Assembly: GCA_965197525.1 (NCBI GenBank)
Contig: OZ240211.1
Span: 1,472,001 to 1,536,000 of the forward strand
Source of the DNA: Nitrosopumilus sp.
Lineage (GTDB): Archaea > Thermoproteota > Nitrososphaeria > Nitrososphaerales > Nitrosopumilaceae
Length of the DNA stretch: 64,000 nucleotides
Direction of reading: 5' to 3'
Part shown: piece after piece, positions 40,656 to 53,938 of the stretch
How the letters are laid out: the number at the start of each line of letters is the position of its first letter
Position numbering within the stretch: position 1 is the first letter of the stretch
Notes under the pieces: generated by a model
The model's database searches: none
Seen by the model: the letters and a program-made list of their open reading frames with translations, nothing else
What the model was told of the DNA's origin: nothing
Position numbers and translations under genes: made by a program

Positions 40656-40756
40656 CTCAGAAGTAACTGGAATATCGGATGATTGTATGCAAGTATTATG
40701 AAGATTGTCACGAGCGGCACAAGTCACTAAAATATTTAGCAATTATTTTAAAATAG

Positions 40757-40788
40757 AGATTATGGGTAATCTAGATTATGCATAATCT
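40757..40788. promoter_or_regulatory. Tandem pair of 16-bp dyads AGATTA-N4-TAATCT
   Basis: AGATTATGGGTAATCT + AGATTATGCATAATCT, 5 bp before the first CRISPR repeat; function not shown. Confidence 0.45.
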
Positions 40789-40793
40789 ATTAT

Positions 40794-43700
40794 GTTTTAA
40801 TCTTTGTTGTATTAGAATTTCCTTTGAACTGCCTTGTGGTATACGCAGAGTGTGAGGGTATATTGGTTTCAATCTTTGTTGTATTAGAATTTCCTTTGAA
40901 CTATGCCCACTATCCAAAATCGATCCCCCCCCCCTGTTAGTTTCAATCTTTGTTGTATTAGAATTTCCTTTGAACCTAGAAGCAACTAATCCAGTCGCTT
41001 GACCTGCACCGTTTCAATCTTTGTTGTATTAGAATTTCCTTTGAACAAATGTGGGTAGGTATTGAATACCCATCATCATTTAGTTTCAATCTTTGTTGTA
41101 TTAGAATTTCCTTTGAACCAAATGTCAATACTCAAAGACGCTTTAACTAAGTCGTTTCAATCTTTGTTGTATTAGAATTTCCTTTGAACCGATCCCTCAA
41201 TCTTGGAATAGACTACTTTCAAGAGTTTCAATCTTTGTTGTATTAGAATTTCCTTTGAACATAGTGTAAAGGCAGAGAGGGATTATGTTGGCACGTTTCA
41301 ATCTTTGTTGTATTAGAATTTCCTTTGAACGCGTTATTGGGGTATGGTCCTCATCCAAATGCTAGTTTCAATCTTTGTTGTATTAGAATTTCCTTTGAAC
41401 TTGTTTTTTTTATCAAATTGTAAAAAAAAGCAATATGTTTCAATCTTTGTTGTATTAGAATTTCCTTTGAACTAACTTGCACTAGTGAATCTTCCCAGAT
41501 AACATCGTTTCAATCTTTGTTGTATTAGAATTTCCTTTGAACTGTCAGATGATCTACTGTTTGTATTTGTTCTGTTGCGTTTCAATCTTTGTTGTATTAG
41601 AATTTCCTTTGAACTTCAAAGCCACCTTCGATTCCAGCTGCTGCCAAAGGTTTCAATCTTTGTTGTATTAGAATTTCCTTTGAACTCATCACCTCTAATA
41701 CTTTCAAATATATCATTACGTTTCAATCTTTGTTGTATTAGAATTTCCTTTGAACCTTATTGCATCCATCCGTGAAATATCGTCAAACAGGTTTCAATCT
41801 TTGTTGTATTAGAATTTCCTTTGAACGGAGATAAAATATTTCATCAGCCGGAGGGATATGGGTTTCAATCTTTGTTGTATTAGAATTTCCTTTGAACTTA
41901 CCCAGATGGTGATTGATTATATGCCAAGAGAGTTTCAATCTTTGTTGTATTAGAATTTCCTTTGAACATTCTGCTTATGTTGATATCGATGACGATGCAA
42001 TGTTTCAATCTTTGTTGTATTAGAATTTCCTTTGAACTTGATGTAAAAAATTCTTATCTTCTGACCATTTGGAGTTTCAATCTTTGTTGTATTAGAATTT
42101 CCTTTGAACTGATCTGCCATAACGGCCCCGGTACCATAGGCAACGTTTCAATCTTTGTTGTATTAGAATTTCCTTTGAACATATGTTGATTGTTGCATTA
42201 GATCGAAACTATTGGTTTCAATCTTTGTTGTATTAGAATTTCCTTTGAACTTGTAAATTCTATATCCTCAATATAATCCAATGTCAGTTTCAATCTTTGT
42301 TGTATTAGAATTTCCTTTGAACTCTATACCTGAAGATACTGATTGTCCTACACCATGTTTCAATCTTTGTTGTATTAGAATTTCCTTTGAACCGCTTTTT
42401 TCTATTTTTATCATGTCTCTTGTTAAACGTTTCAATCTTTGTTGTATTAGAATTTCCTTTGAACTTCAGTGAGGGATCTGCTTGTGTCTTTGTCTATGGC
42501 AGTTTCAATCTTTGTTGTATTAGAATTTCCTTTGAACTGTCCACTTCCTGTTTAGTGTCAAAATCTTGTGAGTTTCAATCTTTGTTGTATTAGAATTTCC
42601 TTTGAACCTGGTTTTTTCATGGAATCACTGCTAGTTATCAAGTTTCAATCTTTGTTGTATTAGAATTTCCTTTGAACCATCATTATTTTTTATAGAGCCT
42701 TTTGGTTTTATGTTTCAATCTTTGTTGTATTAGAATTTCCTTTGAACTAAGCATTAACGCCAATCAACCCGGGCAGGTCTGGGTTTCAATCTTTGTTGTA
42801 TTAGAATTTCCTTTGAACTAATGCACAACAAGGCAAACCTGTCAGGGTCTGCTGGTTTCAATCTTTGTTGTATTAGAATTTCCTTTGAACCATCTAATAA
42901 TCCCTTATCTCTAGCTATCCAATAGTTTCAATCTTTGTTGTATTAGAATTTCCTTTGAACCCGTTGTTAGGAAATTGGAACCGCCTGCGATTGTGGTTTC
43001 AATCTTTGTTGTATTAGAATTTCCTTTGAACGCTGTGTTGATGGTGGTACTTGGATTCTCGAGGGTGTTTCAATCTTTGTTGTATTAGAATTTCCTTTGA
43101 ACAAAGGGTAATTGAAAGAAAACACATAACCCCTATTAAGTTTCAATCTTTGTTGTATTAGAATTTCCTTTGAACCATCCTATCAGTAACCCTATTTAGC
43201 CACAATTGGAGTTTCAATCTTTGTTGTATTAGAATTTCCTTTGAACTACTGCCATGTTCAGTATTATAGCCCAATTCGAGGTTTCAATCTTTGTTGTATT
43301 AGAATTTCCTTTGAACGCTATACTGTCCTGAACATTATGGCAGTCATGCTAAGTTTCAATCTTTGTTGTATTAGAATTTCCTTTGAACTATTTGGTGGTA
43401 CTTGATGGTGATTATGAAGATGAGTTTCAATCTTTGTTGTATTAGAATTTCCTTTGAACTGACCCACCAACACCAGTTTCTACAATAATAGAGTGTTTCA
43501 ATCTTTGTTGTATTAGAATTTCCTTTGAACCCAACTGGTAACCTGTTTGGCCCGGTGTACCGCCGTTTCAATCTTTGTTGTATTAGAATTTCCTTTGAAC
43601 CAACTTGCTATTCATTTTTGTGAATCCGTTTTCGTTGTTTCAATCTTTGTTGTATTAGAATTTCCTTTGAACTAACTGCTTTTCTTCTGTTGTTTTTGTA

Positions 43701-46700
43701 CAATAGATGTTTCAATCTTTGTTGTATTAGAATTTCCTTTGAACTTTGGGGCGATATAATCAATCTTGGAACACTTGGTAGTTTCAATCTTTGTTGTATT
43801 AGAATTTCCTTTGAACAGGCCACTCAGCCATGTATGTACGACGGTATTCTGGTTTCAATCTTTGTTGTATTAGAATTTCCTTTGAACCCATTTTTTGACC
43901 CCCCTACTCAGTGTGGGCATAGTTTCAATCTTTGTTGTATTAGAATTTCCTTTGAACTGTGATAGTGGAATCAGACAGTGTTTGGATTACTGGTTTCAAT
44001 CTTTGTTGTATTAGAATTTCCTTTGAACCCATTACCCAATCGACCTGTTGGTTTTATCACTAGTTTCAATCTTTGTTGTATTAGAATTTCCTTTGAACCG
44101 TGGCGGTTCTCGTGGTGGATTCTCTCAAGGAGGGTTTCAATCTTTGTTGTATTAGAATTTCCTTTGAACTTTTTTTTTCTGTTCAGGGGATCGGCTGATT
44201 GATCCGTTTCAATCTTTGTTGTATTAGAATTTCCTTTGAACTTTGACAGTTTCGGGTGTATGTTTCCCTTTATGTTCAGTTTCAATCTTTGTTGTATTAG
44301 AATTTCCTTTGAACTTGTAGCAGATGATACTAAGTCTATATTGTTTCAGGGGTTTCAATCTTTGTTGTATTAGAATTTCCTTTGAACGTTTACAATCATA
44401 TTACCAAACAGATGATTTTTCAGGTTTCAATCTTTGTTGTATTAGAATTTCCTTTGAACTTCTTTAGGTAATAATTTGTCATGTGCTTTAACAGTTTCAA
44501 TCTTTGTTGTATTAGAATTTCCTTTGAACTTATGAGACCCAAGTTTAATAGAGGATGTGTGACGGTTTCAATCTTTGTTGTATTAGAATTTCCTTTGAAC
44601 TTCAGAGAGGCGGCGATCGCTACAATCCGATCAGCGTTTCAATCTTTGTTGTATTAGAATTTCCTTTGAACTCGAGTATAATTTCAGAACTGGTTTTAGA
44701 GTAACCGGTTTCAATCTTTGTTGTATTAGAATTTCCTTTGAACTATGGCCAATTGCCCCCCCTTTCTGGAGGAGATCGTTTCAATCTTTGTTGTATTAGA
44801 ATTTCCTTTGAACCTTTATCGTCAATGATTCCATGCAGCTCTTTGGGGTTTCAATCTTTGTTGTATTAGAATTTCCTTTGAACTTTAAGCGCGCGGACAA
44901 TAGTTGCTGTCACTAATGTTTCAATCTTTGTTGTATTAGAATTTCCTTTGAACTAACATACCTCAACGAGATCACAACTTGCAAAACGAGTTTCAATCTT
45001 TGTTGTATTAGAATTTCCTTTGAACGACCGATACAGTAAAGGACACAGTGGAACACGCATGTTTCAATCTTTGTTGTATTAGAATTTCCTTTGAACCTGG
45101 TTACTGTCTCCTGATCTTGAATCAGTACGAAGTTTCAATCTTTGTTGTATTAGAATTTCCTTTGAACTGTGGCATTCTCATGGAATAGATCAGACATTGA
45201 ATGTTTCAATCTTTGTTGTATTAGAATTTCCTTTGAACTATAGACCCACACCTGATAAGACTCTATCACAACAGTTTCAATCTTTGTTGTATTAGAATTT
45301 CCTTTGAACATCTGTCCACTAGTGGAACCTAAGATGGTCACAAGTTTCAATCTTTGTTGTATTAGAATTTCCTTTGAACAGTTCTATCCTCGTGGGTCAG
45401 CACGTTGTTCTTGTGTTTCAATCTTTGTTGTATTAGAATTTCCTTTGAACTTCCATTTATGCCAAACTGTACTAATTTCTCGCCGTTTCAATCTTTGTTG
45501 TATTAGAATTTCCTTTGAACTTGCCTCATATTGTTGGATTGCCTCAGTAGGTGTGTTTCAATCTTTGTTGTATTAGAATTTCCTTTGAACGTGCCTATGC
45601 AGTTTAACGAGGTGCTAATTATTGGGTTTCAATCTTTGTTGTATTAGAATTTCCTTTGAACTAATTATAACCAAGTAATATCGTACGATCTTTAAGTTTC
45701 AATCTTTGTTGTATTAGAATTTCCTTTGAACTTTACCATCTTTTTGAGGCGGCTCCACTTTGGAGGGTTTCAATCTTTGTTGTATTAGAATTTCCTTTGA
45801 ACATTGTATCAAGATTTTGATACGTATGAATACAATAGTTTCAATCTTTGTTGTATTAGAATTTCCTTTGAACCCGGCGGCAATTTTTGGAGCGGGACGC
45901 GTGATGTAGTTTCAATCTTTGTTGTATTAGAATTTCCTTTGAACTATTTACTCGGAACACACCACAGAAGCAGGTCACAGTTTCAATCTTTGTTGTATTA
46001 GAATTTCCTTTGAACCATCGCCAAGCTAAATTGGAAGGTGATCACTCTCAGTTTCAATCTTTGTTGTATTAGAATTTCCTTTGAACAGCATTGGACAGCA
46101 GAGGCGCCCCACCTACAAGAGTTTCAATCTTTGTTGTATTAGAATTTCCTTTGAACTTTCATCCGTCACTTCCTCATGATATAATTGCTTGTTTCAATCT
46201 TTGTTGTATTAGAATTTCCTTTGAACCCCCTCTCATTCATCTCTTTGACTGCCTGGTTACCGGTTTCAATCTTTGTTGTATTAGAATTTCCTTTGAACTT
46301 TCTCAGCAGCACCTGGGCTATCCAAATACCAAGTTTCAATCTTTGTTGTATTAGAATTTCCTTTGAACAATGTGTCGCGCCTTCTGTCGTGAATGGATTT
46401 GTGTTTCAATCTTTGTTGTATTAGAATTTCCTTTGAACTGAGACCATGTATCACTGTATAATGACAATGCCACAATCGTTTCAATCTTTGTTGTATTAGA
46501 ATTTCCTTTGAACTTATTTGGCTTTCCGCCTATCCTAGTCGTTGGCAGTTTCAATCTTTGTTGTATTAGAATTTCCTTTGAACCTTGCTCATCTGCTCAC
46601 TCAATGGGAGGAGGTGAGTTTCAATCTTTGTTGTATTAGAATTTCCTTTGAACAAACCGATCTGGTTTTTACATCATATACAACATTGAGTTTCAATCTT

Positions 46701-49700
46701 TGTTGTATTAGAATTTCCTTTGAACCTTGGACATGTTGGCAGAACTTGACATCATTAAGAGTTTCAATCTTTGTTGTATTAGAATTTCCTTTGAACTAGC
46801 GCGGCCTCGGTTCCTAGCGCTGCCCTCCAGGTGTTTCAATCTTTGTTGTATTAGAATTTCCTTTGAACTGTAAAGCGTAGACGTCAAGCCAGCCCCAAAA
46901 AAGGGTTTCAATCTTTGTTGTATTAGAATTTCCTTTGAACAATTCTAGCGGATCGATTTTTTTCACGATTCTTTTTTGTTTCAATCTTTGTTGTATTAGA
47001 ATTTCCTTTGAACTTCTTCGGCTCTATCTATGTCGTTATTCTCATAGGTGTTTCAATCTTTGTTGTATTAGAATTTCCTTTGAACGACCAAGTACTGAGT
47101 CATCAGGGATAGGATCATAGTTTCAATCTTTGTTGTATTAGAATTTCCTTTGAACTTTGGGGCTGCCAAAAGAGTTGCACGGAGTAATTGAGTTTCAATC
47201 TTTGTTGTATTAGAATTTCCTTTGAACCAAGGGTATCGGCACAATTCTAGAAGAATACATGGGTTTCAATCTTTGTTGTATTAGAATTTCCTTTGAACTA
47301 AAATTGAATGGAGCCGGGTTTCACTTTCAGAGGGTTTCAATCTTTGTTGTATTAGAATTTCCTTTGAACACTGGTACCTCCGAGGGTGTATAATGTCAGT
47401 AAAGTTTCAATCTTTGTTGTATTAGAATTTCCTTTGAACCCTGTAAATTTGTGTTTGGCGTTGTGCTCGATTATGTTTCAATCTTTGTTGTATTAGAATT
47501 TCCTTTGAACCCTTTTTCTAACTGGGTCGATACCCTGTTTAGGGAGTTTCAATCTTTGTTGTATTAGAATTTCCTTTGAACCTTCATTGTCGAGTACGGC
47601 ACTCAGTCCCTTTGGGTTTCAATCTTTGTTGTATTAGAATTTCCTTTGAACTTATCTGTGGTTTCGCCGCCGGTTCCGTTGCCGTCGGTTTCAATCTTTG
47701 TTGTATTAGAATTTCCTTTGAACGTACTGCAGCATCTAACTCTCCTTGATGCTGTGCAAGGTTTCAATCTTTGTTGTATTAGAATTTCCTTTGAACTTTG
47801 GGAGCGATTTTGCAGTCGTCCACTAATCCAATCGTTTCAATCTTTGTTGTATTAGAATTTCCTTTGAACCCCCTCCGTAGTTTCTGACTCCAAACCTTTT
47901 ACCTCGTTTCAATCTTTGTTGTATTAGAATTTCCTTTGAACAGTGGTCAATATGGGGGAGTGCTCCAAGTGGGGCGGTTTCAATCTTTGTTGTATTAGAA
48001 TTTCCTTTGAACTACACCTGTCGGTACATTTGATGTCAGGACGGTATGTTTCAATCTTTGTTGTATTAGAATTTCCTTTGAACTAGGCGATTTCCTCCGA
48101 GACACAAACGTACTACAGTTTCAATCTTTGTTGTATTAGAATTTCCTTTGAACTGTAGGATTCGGGGATCTTGTTACCTCTTTGCCATGTTTCAATCTTT
48201 GTTGTATTAGAATTTCCTTTGAACTAGGTTATCTTATCTTGTTGTTGGGTTCTGTTACTAGTTTCAATCTTTGTTGTATTAGAATTTCCTTTGAACTATC
48301 CTTTAGTCAATTCTGCGTACTTTGCAGGATCGTTTCAATCTTTGTTGTATTAGAATTTCCTTTGAACTGTCTTTATCGTACTGGGTACATTTTGGGTTGA
48401 TAGTTTCAATCTTTGTTGTATTAGAATTTCCTTTGAACGGTAATAGGTTATTGTGGGCTTTGGTATAGTGATCGGTTTCAATCTTTGTTGTATTAGAATT
48501 TCCTTTGAACTTGATGGCCCTCCTGCTAATCCCTCTTCCTCTGCAGTTTCAATCTTTGTTGTATTAGAATTTCCTTTGAACTCTCAAACCTTTCAACGGT
48601 GAATCGATCGGATCTTAGTTTCAATCTTTGTTGTATTAGAATTTCCTTTGAACTGTCATAGTTGTGAGTTTGAATTACAGTATGTCAGTTTCAATCTTTG
48701 TTGTATTAGAATTTCCTTTGAACATAATATATTAGCTCGTACATCATCGAAGAACGTTAGTTTCAATCTTTGTTGTATTAGAATTTCCTTTGAACTATAC
48801 AACAATCAGGGATGCCATATTTGACAACGGGTTTCAATCTTTGTTGTATTAGAATTTCCTTTGAACTCGGTCCATTCAATAGCAGAGTTGTCAGCCATTA
48901 AGTTTCAATCTTTGTTGTATTAGAATTTCCTTTGAACTGTGTATGTGTCCTGAATGTGTGCAGGAGGAGTGTTTCAATCTTTGTTGTATTAGAATTTCCT
49001 TTGAACTGACACAAATATATCAAAGCACTGCTTTTCAAGGGTTTCAATCTTTGTTGTATTAGAATTTCCTTTGAACAAAACCAAACTGGTAATCTTTGGA
49101 CTTGAATATAGTTTCAATCTTTGTTGTATTAGAATTTCCTTTGAACTTTTGGTATCCTAGCCTACGGTGAGGGGCTTTTCCCGTTTCAATCTTTGTTGTA
49201 TTAGAATTTCCTTTGAACGTATTGCCACACAGCCAACAAGTATGTTTCACAGGTTTCAATCTTTGTTGTATTAGAATTTCCTTTGAACAGGTTAGGGTCG
49301 AGTAGAATCTGTTCAACAGCCATGTTTCAATCTTTGTTGTATTAGAATTTCCTTTGAACCGGTTTCGGTAGTGCAAAAAAGCAAGAAGACGCTCTGTTTC
49401 AATCTTTGTTGTATTAGAATTTCCTTTGAACTTTATTGTTGTATCTTGCATATGTGTCTGACATGGTTTCAATCTTTGTTGTATTAGAATTTCCTTTGAA
49501 CTCAATGAAAAAAAGGCAACAACAGCAAATAAAAACAGTTTCAATCTTTGTTGTATTAGAATTTCCTTTGAACTATTGGACTGCGATCCGTTTTAGTGTT
49601 ATCCGGTAGTTTCAATCTTTGTTGTATTAGAATTTCCTTTGAACCTAATAAAGGTTTGTTGTGGGATATCATCTAAGAGGTTTCAATCTTTGTTGTATTA

Positions 49701-51989
49701 GAATTTCCTTTGAACTATACTAGACGTGCAGATATTGGCGCCGATATTGCGTTTCAATCTTTGTTGTATTAGAATTTCCTTTGAACATCTGCCTATTGAT
49801 GCATGGATGGGTGCTTTGGATGTTTCAATCTTTGTTGTATTAGAATTTCCTTTGAACTGCAGCTGGTGGAGGTAGTGCTGCATATGCTGGGTGTTTCAAT
49901 CTTTGTTGTATTAGAATTTCCTTTGAACTGATGATGACACGACTCGTATCGCAAGTATCTTAGTTTCAATCTTTGTTGTATTAGAATTTCCTTTGAACTT
50001 GCGTATATCAGCCAGGGCAAACGCCATAAGGAGTTTCAATCTTTGTTGTATTAGAATTTCCTTTGAACGTTCTTTTTCGTTGTCTGCTCGTCTCCAAATT
50101 TTGTTTCAATCTTTGTTGTATTAGAATTTCCTTTGAACTCCCAAATCCAAATGCAGGAGCACCGGCAGCGCCTGGTTTCAATCTTTGTTGTATTAGAATT
50201 TCCTTTGAACTCAAAAACATGGAAGGTAATGCCGGAAGTATGGTAAGTTTCAATCTTTGTTGTATTAGAATTTCCTTTGAACAGATTTTGCATCGCCGAG
50301 CGCTCTCAATGTTGAAGGTTTCAATCTTTGTTGTATTAGAATTTCCTTTGAACCGTAAACGCTCACCACTCCAACCTTTTTTTTTGCGTTTCAATCTTTG
50401 TTGTATTAGAATTTCCTTTGAACCAGGGGTAGGGCTGGGTATTTAGGGCCTGGGAACGTTTCAATCTTTGTTGTATTAGAATTTCCTTTGAACTAAAATT
50501 TGCCTTGCAATAGTCGTCAATATTCTTGGTTTCAATCTTTGTTGTATTAGAATTTCCTTTGAACCTACGGCCACATAGCGCATGGGCAGAACTAGAAATG
50601 TTTCAATCTTTGTTGTATTAGAATTTCCTTTGAACGCTGCTACGGCTCCTATCCTTTGACCGGCCTCCAGTTTCAATCTTTGTTGTATTAGAATTTCCTT
50701 TGAACTTGGTTTAGTTTGCCGACAGATACACATATCAGGAGTTTCAATCTTTGTTGTATTAGAATTTCCTTTGAACCGCATTATCTCGAAACAAAGAGTC
50801 GACCCAGCTAGGTTTCAATCTTTGTTGTATTAGAATTTCCTTTGAACTGAGAACTGGCTGATTAGTTTGCCTGGCTGCAAGAGTGTTTCAATCTTTGTTG
50901 TATTAGAATTTCCTTTGAACCTGATCCTTGCTTGGGTGGTGTTCCCGTGATTAGTCGTTTCAATCTTTGTTGTATTAGAATTTCCTTTGAACTGTCTCTT
51001 TTCTCTTCGGCTGTACCGGTTGTTGGAGTTTCAATCTTTGTTGTATTAGAATTTCCTTTGAACATTTATACTTCTACCCATACTGGATATGACATGTGTT
51101 TCAATCTTTGTTGTATTAGAATTTCCTTTGAACAGAGTTCGGGGGAACCGATAAGCGTGATTATCGGTGCGTTTCAATCTTTGTTGTATTAGAATTTCCT
51201 TTGAACCGTACACCACGCCACCAATGTTTGATGGACACAGAGGTTTCAATCTTTGTTGTATTAGAATTTCCTTTGAACTAGCCTCGAATGGTCAGACCTA
51301 ACCACAAACTCGTGTTTCAATCTTTGTTGTATTAGAATTTCCTTTGAACCGTATGATCTTGGCCAAAGACCCGGGGTCTGGTGGGTTTCAATCTTTGTTG
51401 TATTAGAATTTCCTTTGAACCGCCGCTAGATATTTCGTTGTAAACCGATCATCATTGTTTCAATCTTTGTTGTATTAGAATTTCCTTTGAACTTTTTTCT
51501 GATATGCCATTTGCCAATACCTTGGGTTTCAATCTTTGTTGTATTAGAATTTCCTTTGAACATGAATTGATCAGAGCCATGCCATTGTGGTAATCTGGTT
51601 TCAATCTTTGTTGTATTAGAATTTCCTTTGAACCTACTGGCGAGAATGCATTTCATCTACGAATTATGTTTCAATCTTTGTTGTATTAGAATTTCCTTTG
51701 AACATACTGGTTTGAGGATGTATTCAAAAGGGAGATCAAGTTTCAATCTTTGTTGTATTAGAATTTCCTTTGAACTATGCTGCTTTCTATTTCACTATGC
51801 GCCTTTTCTGTTTCAATCTTTGTTGTATTAGAATTTCCTTTGAACGACTCCCCCCTCACCATATTTTTAATGAGATCCAATTGTTTCAATCTTTGTTGTA
51901 TTAGAATTTCCTTTGAACTTGAACCCTGCCAACTTTACTGCTTCTCTGCCGTAGTTTCAATCTTTGTTGTATTAGAATTTCCTTTGAAC
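40794..51989 (-). CRISPR. CRISPR array: 158 repeats of 36 bp, 157 spacers (mean about 35 bp)
   Basis: Plus-strand repeat GTTTCAATCTTTGTTGTATTAGAATTTCCTTTGAAC counted by hand; minus strand ends ATTGAAAC (typical 8-nt handle); the only variant repeat noticed (GTTTTAATC) is at 40794, marking the trailer. Confidence 0.98.
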
Positions 51990-52068
51990 AGTCCATTTTT
52001 TACCTGATTTATCTTATTTGAAGTGCTTTTTGGCACCTATTATAAATTTGAATGCCAAGATCTAATAA
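51990..52068 (-). promoter_or_regulatory. CRISPR leader (79 bp) with TATA-like box
   Basis: AT-rich, between the cas4 stop and the last repeat; TTTATAA on the minus strand at 52046..52040. Confidence 0.7.
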
Positions 52069-52659
52069 TTATTGATCCGTATTTAAAGAACCGACATCAC
52101 ATATCTTTCTATAACAACAATCAGGACATCTACCATCATATGTAGATTCAGGCATAATCCCATCATTAATGATTCTCTTTGTATCCTCTAACATACAAAG
52201 CGCATATTCTTTTAGATTCTGATCTACATCAACTGTAATTTGTACCCTCTTGCCATCTTTTGTAAATATTACAAGAGCATAGATCACAGGTTTCTGAAAA
52301 TACTCTTCAAGTAAAATAGATAGTAAACCAATCTGGACTCTTAAAGTATCATGAATACTATTTGAATTTGTGTATTTGCGCTCTACAAGTACTAGACCTT
52401 CATTCGTTACAATCACATGATCAAATACTCCTACAAAATCATGTTTTTTCGAATAAATTTTTTGAGATGAAATTTTAGTACCCTCAAGTTGTGTGGGAAT
52501 AAATTTCTTGTTTGTATTCTCTGATACTTTGTGATGAACTCTCCCTTTCATCACTGTTCCTCTTTTTTGTTCATACTGTTCAAGCCCCATAACTTTTTCA
52601 TAATACGTAAATTTAGGACAAAATACATGTTCTACGACGTTTGTAACTGATAGTACCAT
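52069..52659 (-). CDS. cas4: CRISPR-associated exonuclease Cas4
   Basis: FCPK, GVFD..LVERK RecB motif, C-terminal CPDCCYRKIC Fe-S cysteines. Confidence 0.93.
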   Translation of the reverse strand: MVLSVTNVVEHVFCPKFTYYEKVMGLEQYEQKRGTVMKGRVHHKVSENTNKKFIPTQLEGTKISSQKIYSKKHDFVGVFDHVIVTNEGLVLVERKYTNSNSIHDTLRVQIGLLSILLEEYFQKPVIYALVIFTKDGKRVQITVDVDQNLKEYALCMLEDTKRIINDGIMPESTYDGRCPDCCYRKICDVGSLNTDQ

Positions 52660-52971
52660 CTAAAACACCATAGAGTTAGTTTTACCTTCCACATATGCAA
52701 AGTCAAATCTTTTTCCCACTGTCAAAGTATTTTTATAACATTTACTACAATTCATTATAAGATAAAATGAGTCATCATCTTCATTTAGTACAGATTTTAT
52801 TGTTTCTATAAGATCTCTCTTTTGTTGTAATACAAGACCGCCACAAAATACACTTTTTTGAATCCGTACCATTCCTACATCTTTTAAGATTTCAACAACA
52901 GCATCACGTCGTCCATCTTCTATAATATCATATATGGCATAGTAAATTATTTTATCTGTTATTTTTTTCAC
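52660..52971 (-). CDS. cas2: CRISPR-associated endonuclease Cas2
   Basis: YAIYDIIED..RIQKSVF..DDSFY. Confidence 0.95.
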   Translation of the reverse strand: MKKITDKIIYYAIYDIIEDGRRDAVVEILKDVGMVRIQKSVFCGGLVLQQKRDLIETIKSVLNEDDDSFYLIMNCSKCYKNTLTVGKRFDFAYVEGKTNSMVF

Positions 52972-53938
52972 CTTGTTTATCTATATCTAATAACTTTTGA
53001 GCAATATATCTACATTGTAACCATGTTTGTTTTTCAATGGTTGTTTGACATTTATTTTTATATGTATTGATTAATTCAACTCGTGCTTGTTTTGATAGTA
53101 TTATACCTCTAGAAGCATCTTTAGTATATTCAAACCATTCATCTTTAACAATTTTTCGACTAAATAGGTATACAAGTGCCTTGTCAATTATCGACCTACA
53201 TGGCTCTATTAGATCAAATACTAATGTTGGTTTTGCATATGCATCTTTGTGATAAAACCCTGCAGTGGGATCAAGACCAGATAATATAACTATCTTCTCT
53301 ATTCCTTGATATGTTATTCCATACATATAGTTTAAACATACGTTAAATGGATCAAGTCCAGGATTTTGCGATCTTCGCTTGAATTGCCATTTTGTTGGTA
53401 GACATAACGCAATCATTTCAAAATATTTTGCCGCACAACTTCCCTCAAACCCTAAAAATTTTTGTCCAAACTCTTTGTTAAATTTTATTTTCTGAACTTC
53501 ATTCATAGTCATATTGATACTAGATATTGCATTTGTAATAGATTGTGTTAAAGGATTAGATTCTCTATTTTGTTTTAATTCTATTAAGAATTTCTTTTGT
53601 CTCTTAAGCTTTTCAACTAGTAGATCTCTAGTAATTTGAAAAGCAAATAATGTATCATGATTTAGATACTGCTGTCTTCGTATCTGCGTCTGTCTGCCCG
53701 GTTTACTTGACCACATACGAGCAACAGGTTTGCCGGTCCACGATGCTATAACCATTTGTATTTGTCTTTCAATACATAGTCTAATAGCAGCAGTACTTAT
53801 CATTGCGTTTGAAGTAATAATCACTGCTTCAACTTTTTCAGCATCTACTTCTACAGCTTTTTGATCCGGAATATTTACTATAAATCGTTCACGTTTTCTA
53901 CGCAAACTTGCACCATGTGTTGTAATTTCAACTATCAA
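52952..53938 (-). CDS. cas1: CRISPR-associated endonuclease Cas1
   Basis: LGFEGSCAAKYF, FNVCLNYMYG, GFYH, LVFDLIEPCR; TTG 53938 preferred to track start 53974. Confidence 0.95.
   Translation of the reverse strand: MIVEITTHGASLRRKRERFIVNIPDQKAVEVDAEKVEAVIITSNAMISTAAIRLCIERQIQMVIASWTGKPVARMWSSKPGRQTQIRRQQYLNHDTLFAFQITRDLLVEKLKRQKKFLIELKQNRESNPLTQSITNAISSINMTMNEVQKIKFNKEFGQKFLGFEGSCAAKYFEMIALCLPTKWQFKRRSQNPGLDPFNVCLNYMYGITYQGIEKIVILSGLDPTAGFYHKDAYAKPTLVFDLIEPCRSIIDKALVYLFSRKIVKDEWFEYTKDASRGIILSKQARVELINTYKNKCQTTIEKQTWLQCRYIAQKLLDIDKQGEKNNR

Noticed and set aside
40902-40939. Spacer with a C10 run, longer than average
   Set aside because: Most likely homopolymer length error or target sequence; no functional inference possible.
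40794-51989. Self-targeting spacers, duplicated spacers, or a GC gradient along the array
   Set aside because: By eye only matches of about 11 nt to the window were seen (chance level) and spot GC counts showed no clear trend; a proper alignment is needed.
41575-52007. About 45 short ORFs across the CRISPR array (FNLCCIRISFE / SKEILIQQRLK / FKGNSNTTKIET repeats)
   Set aside because: They are translations of the 36-bp repeat, which has stop-free frames; not genes.
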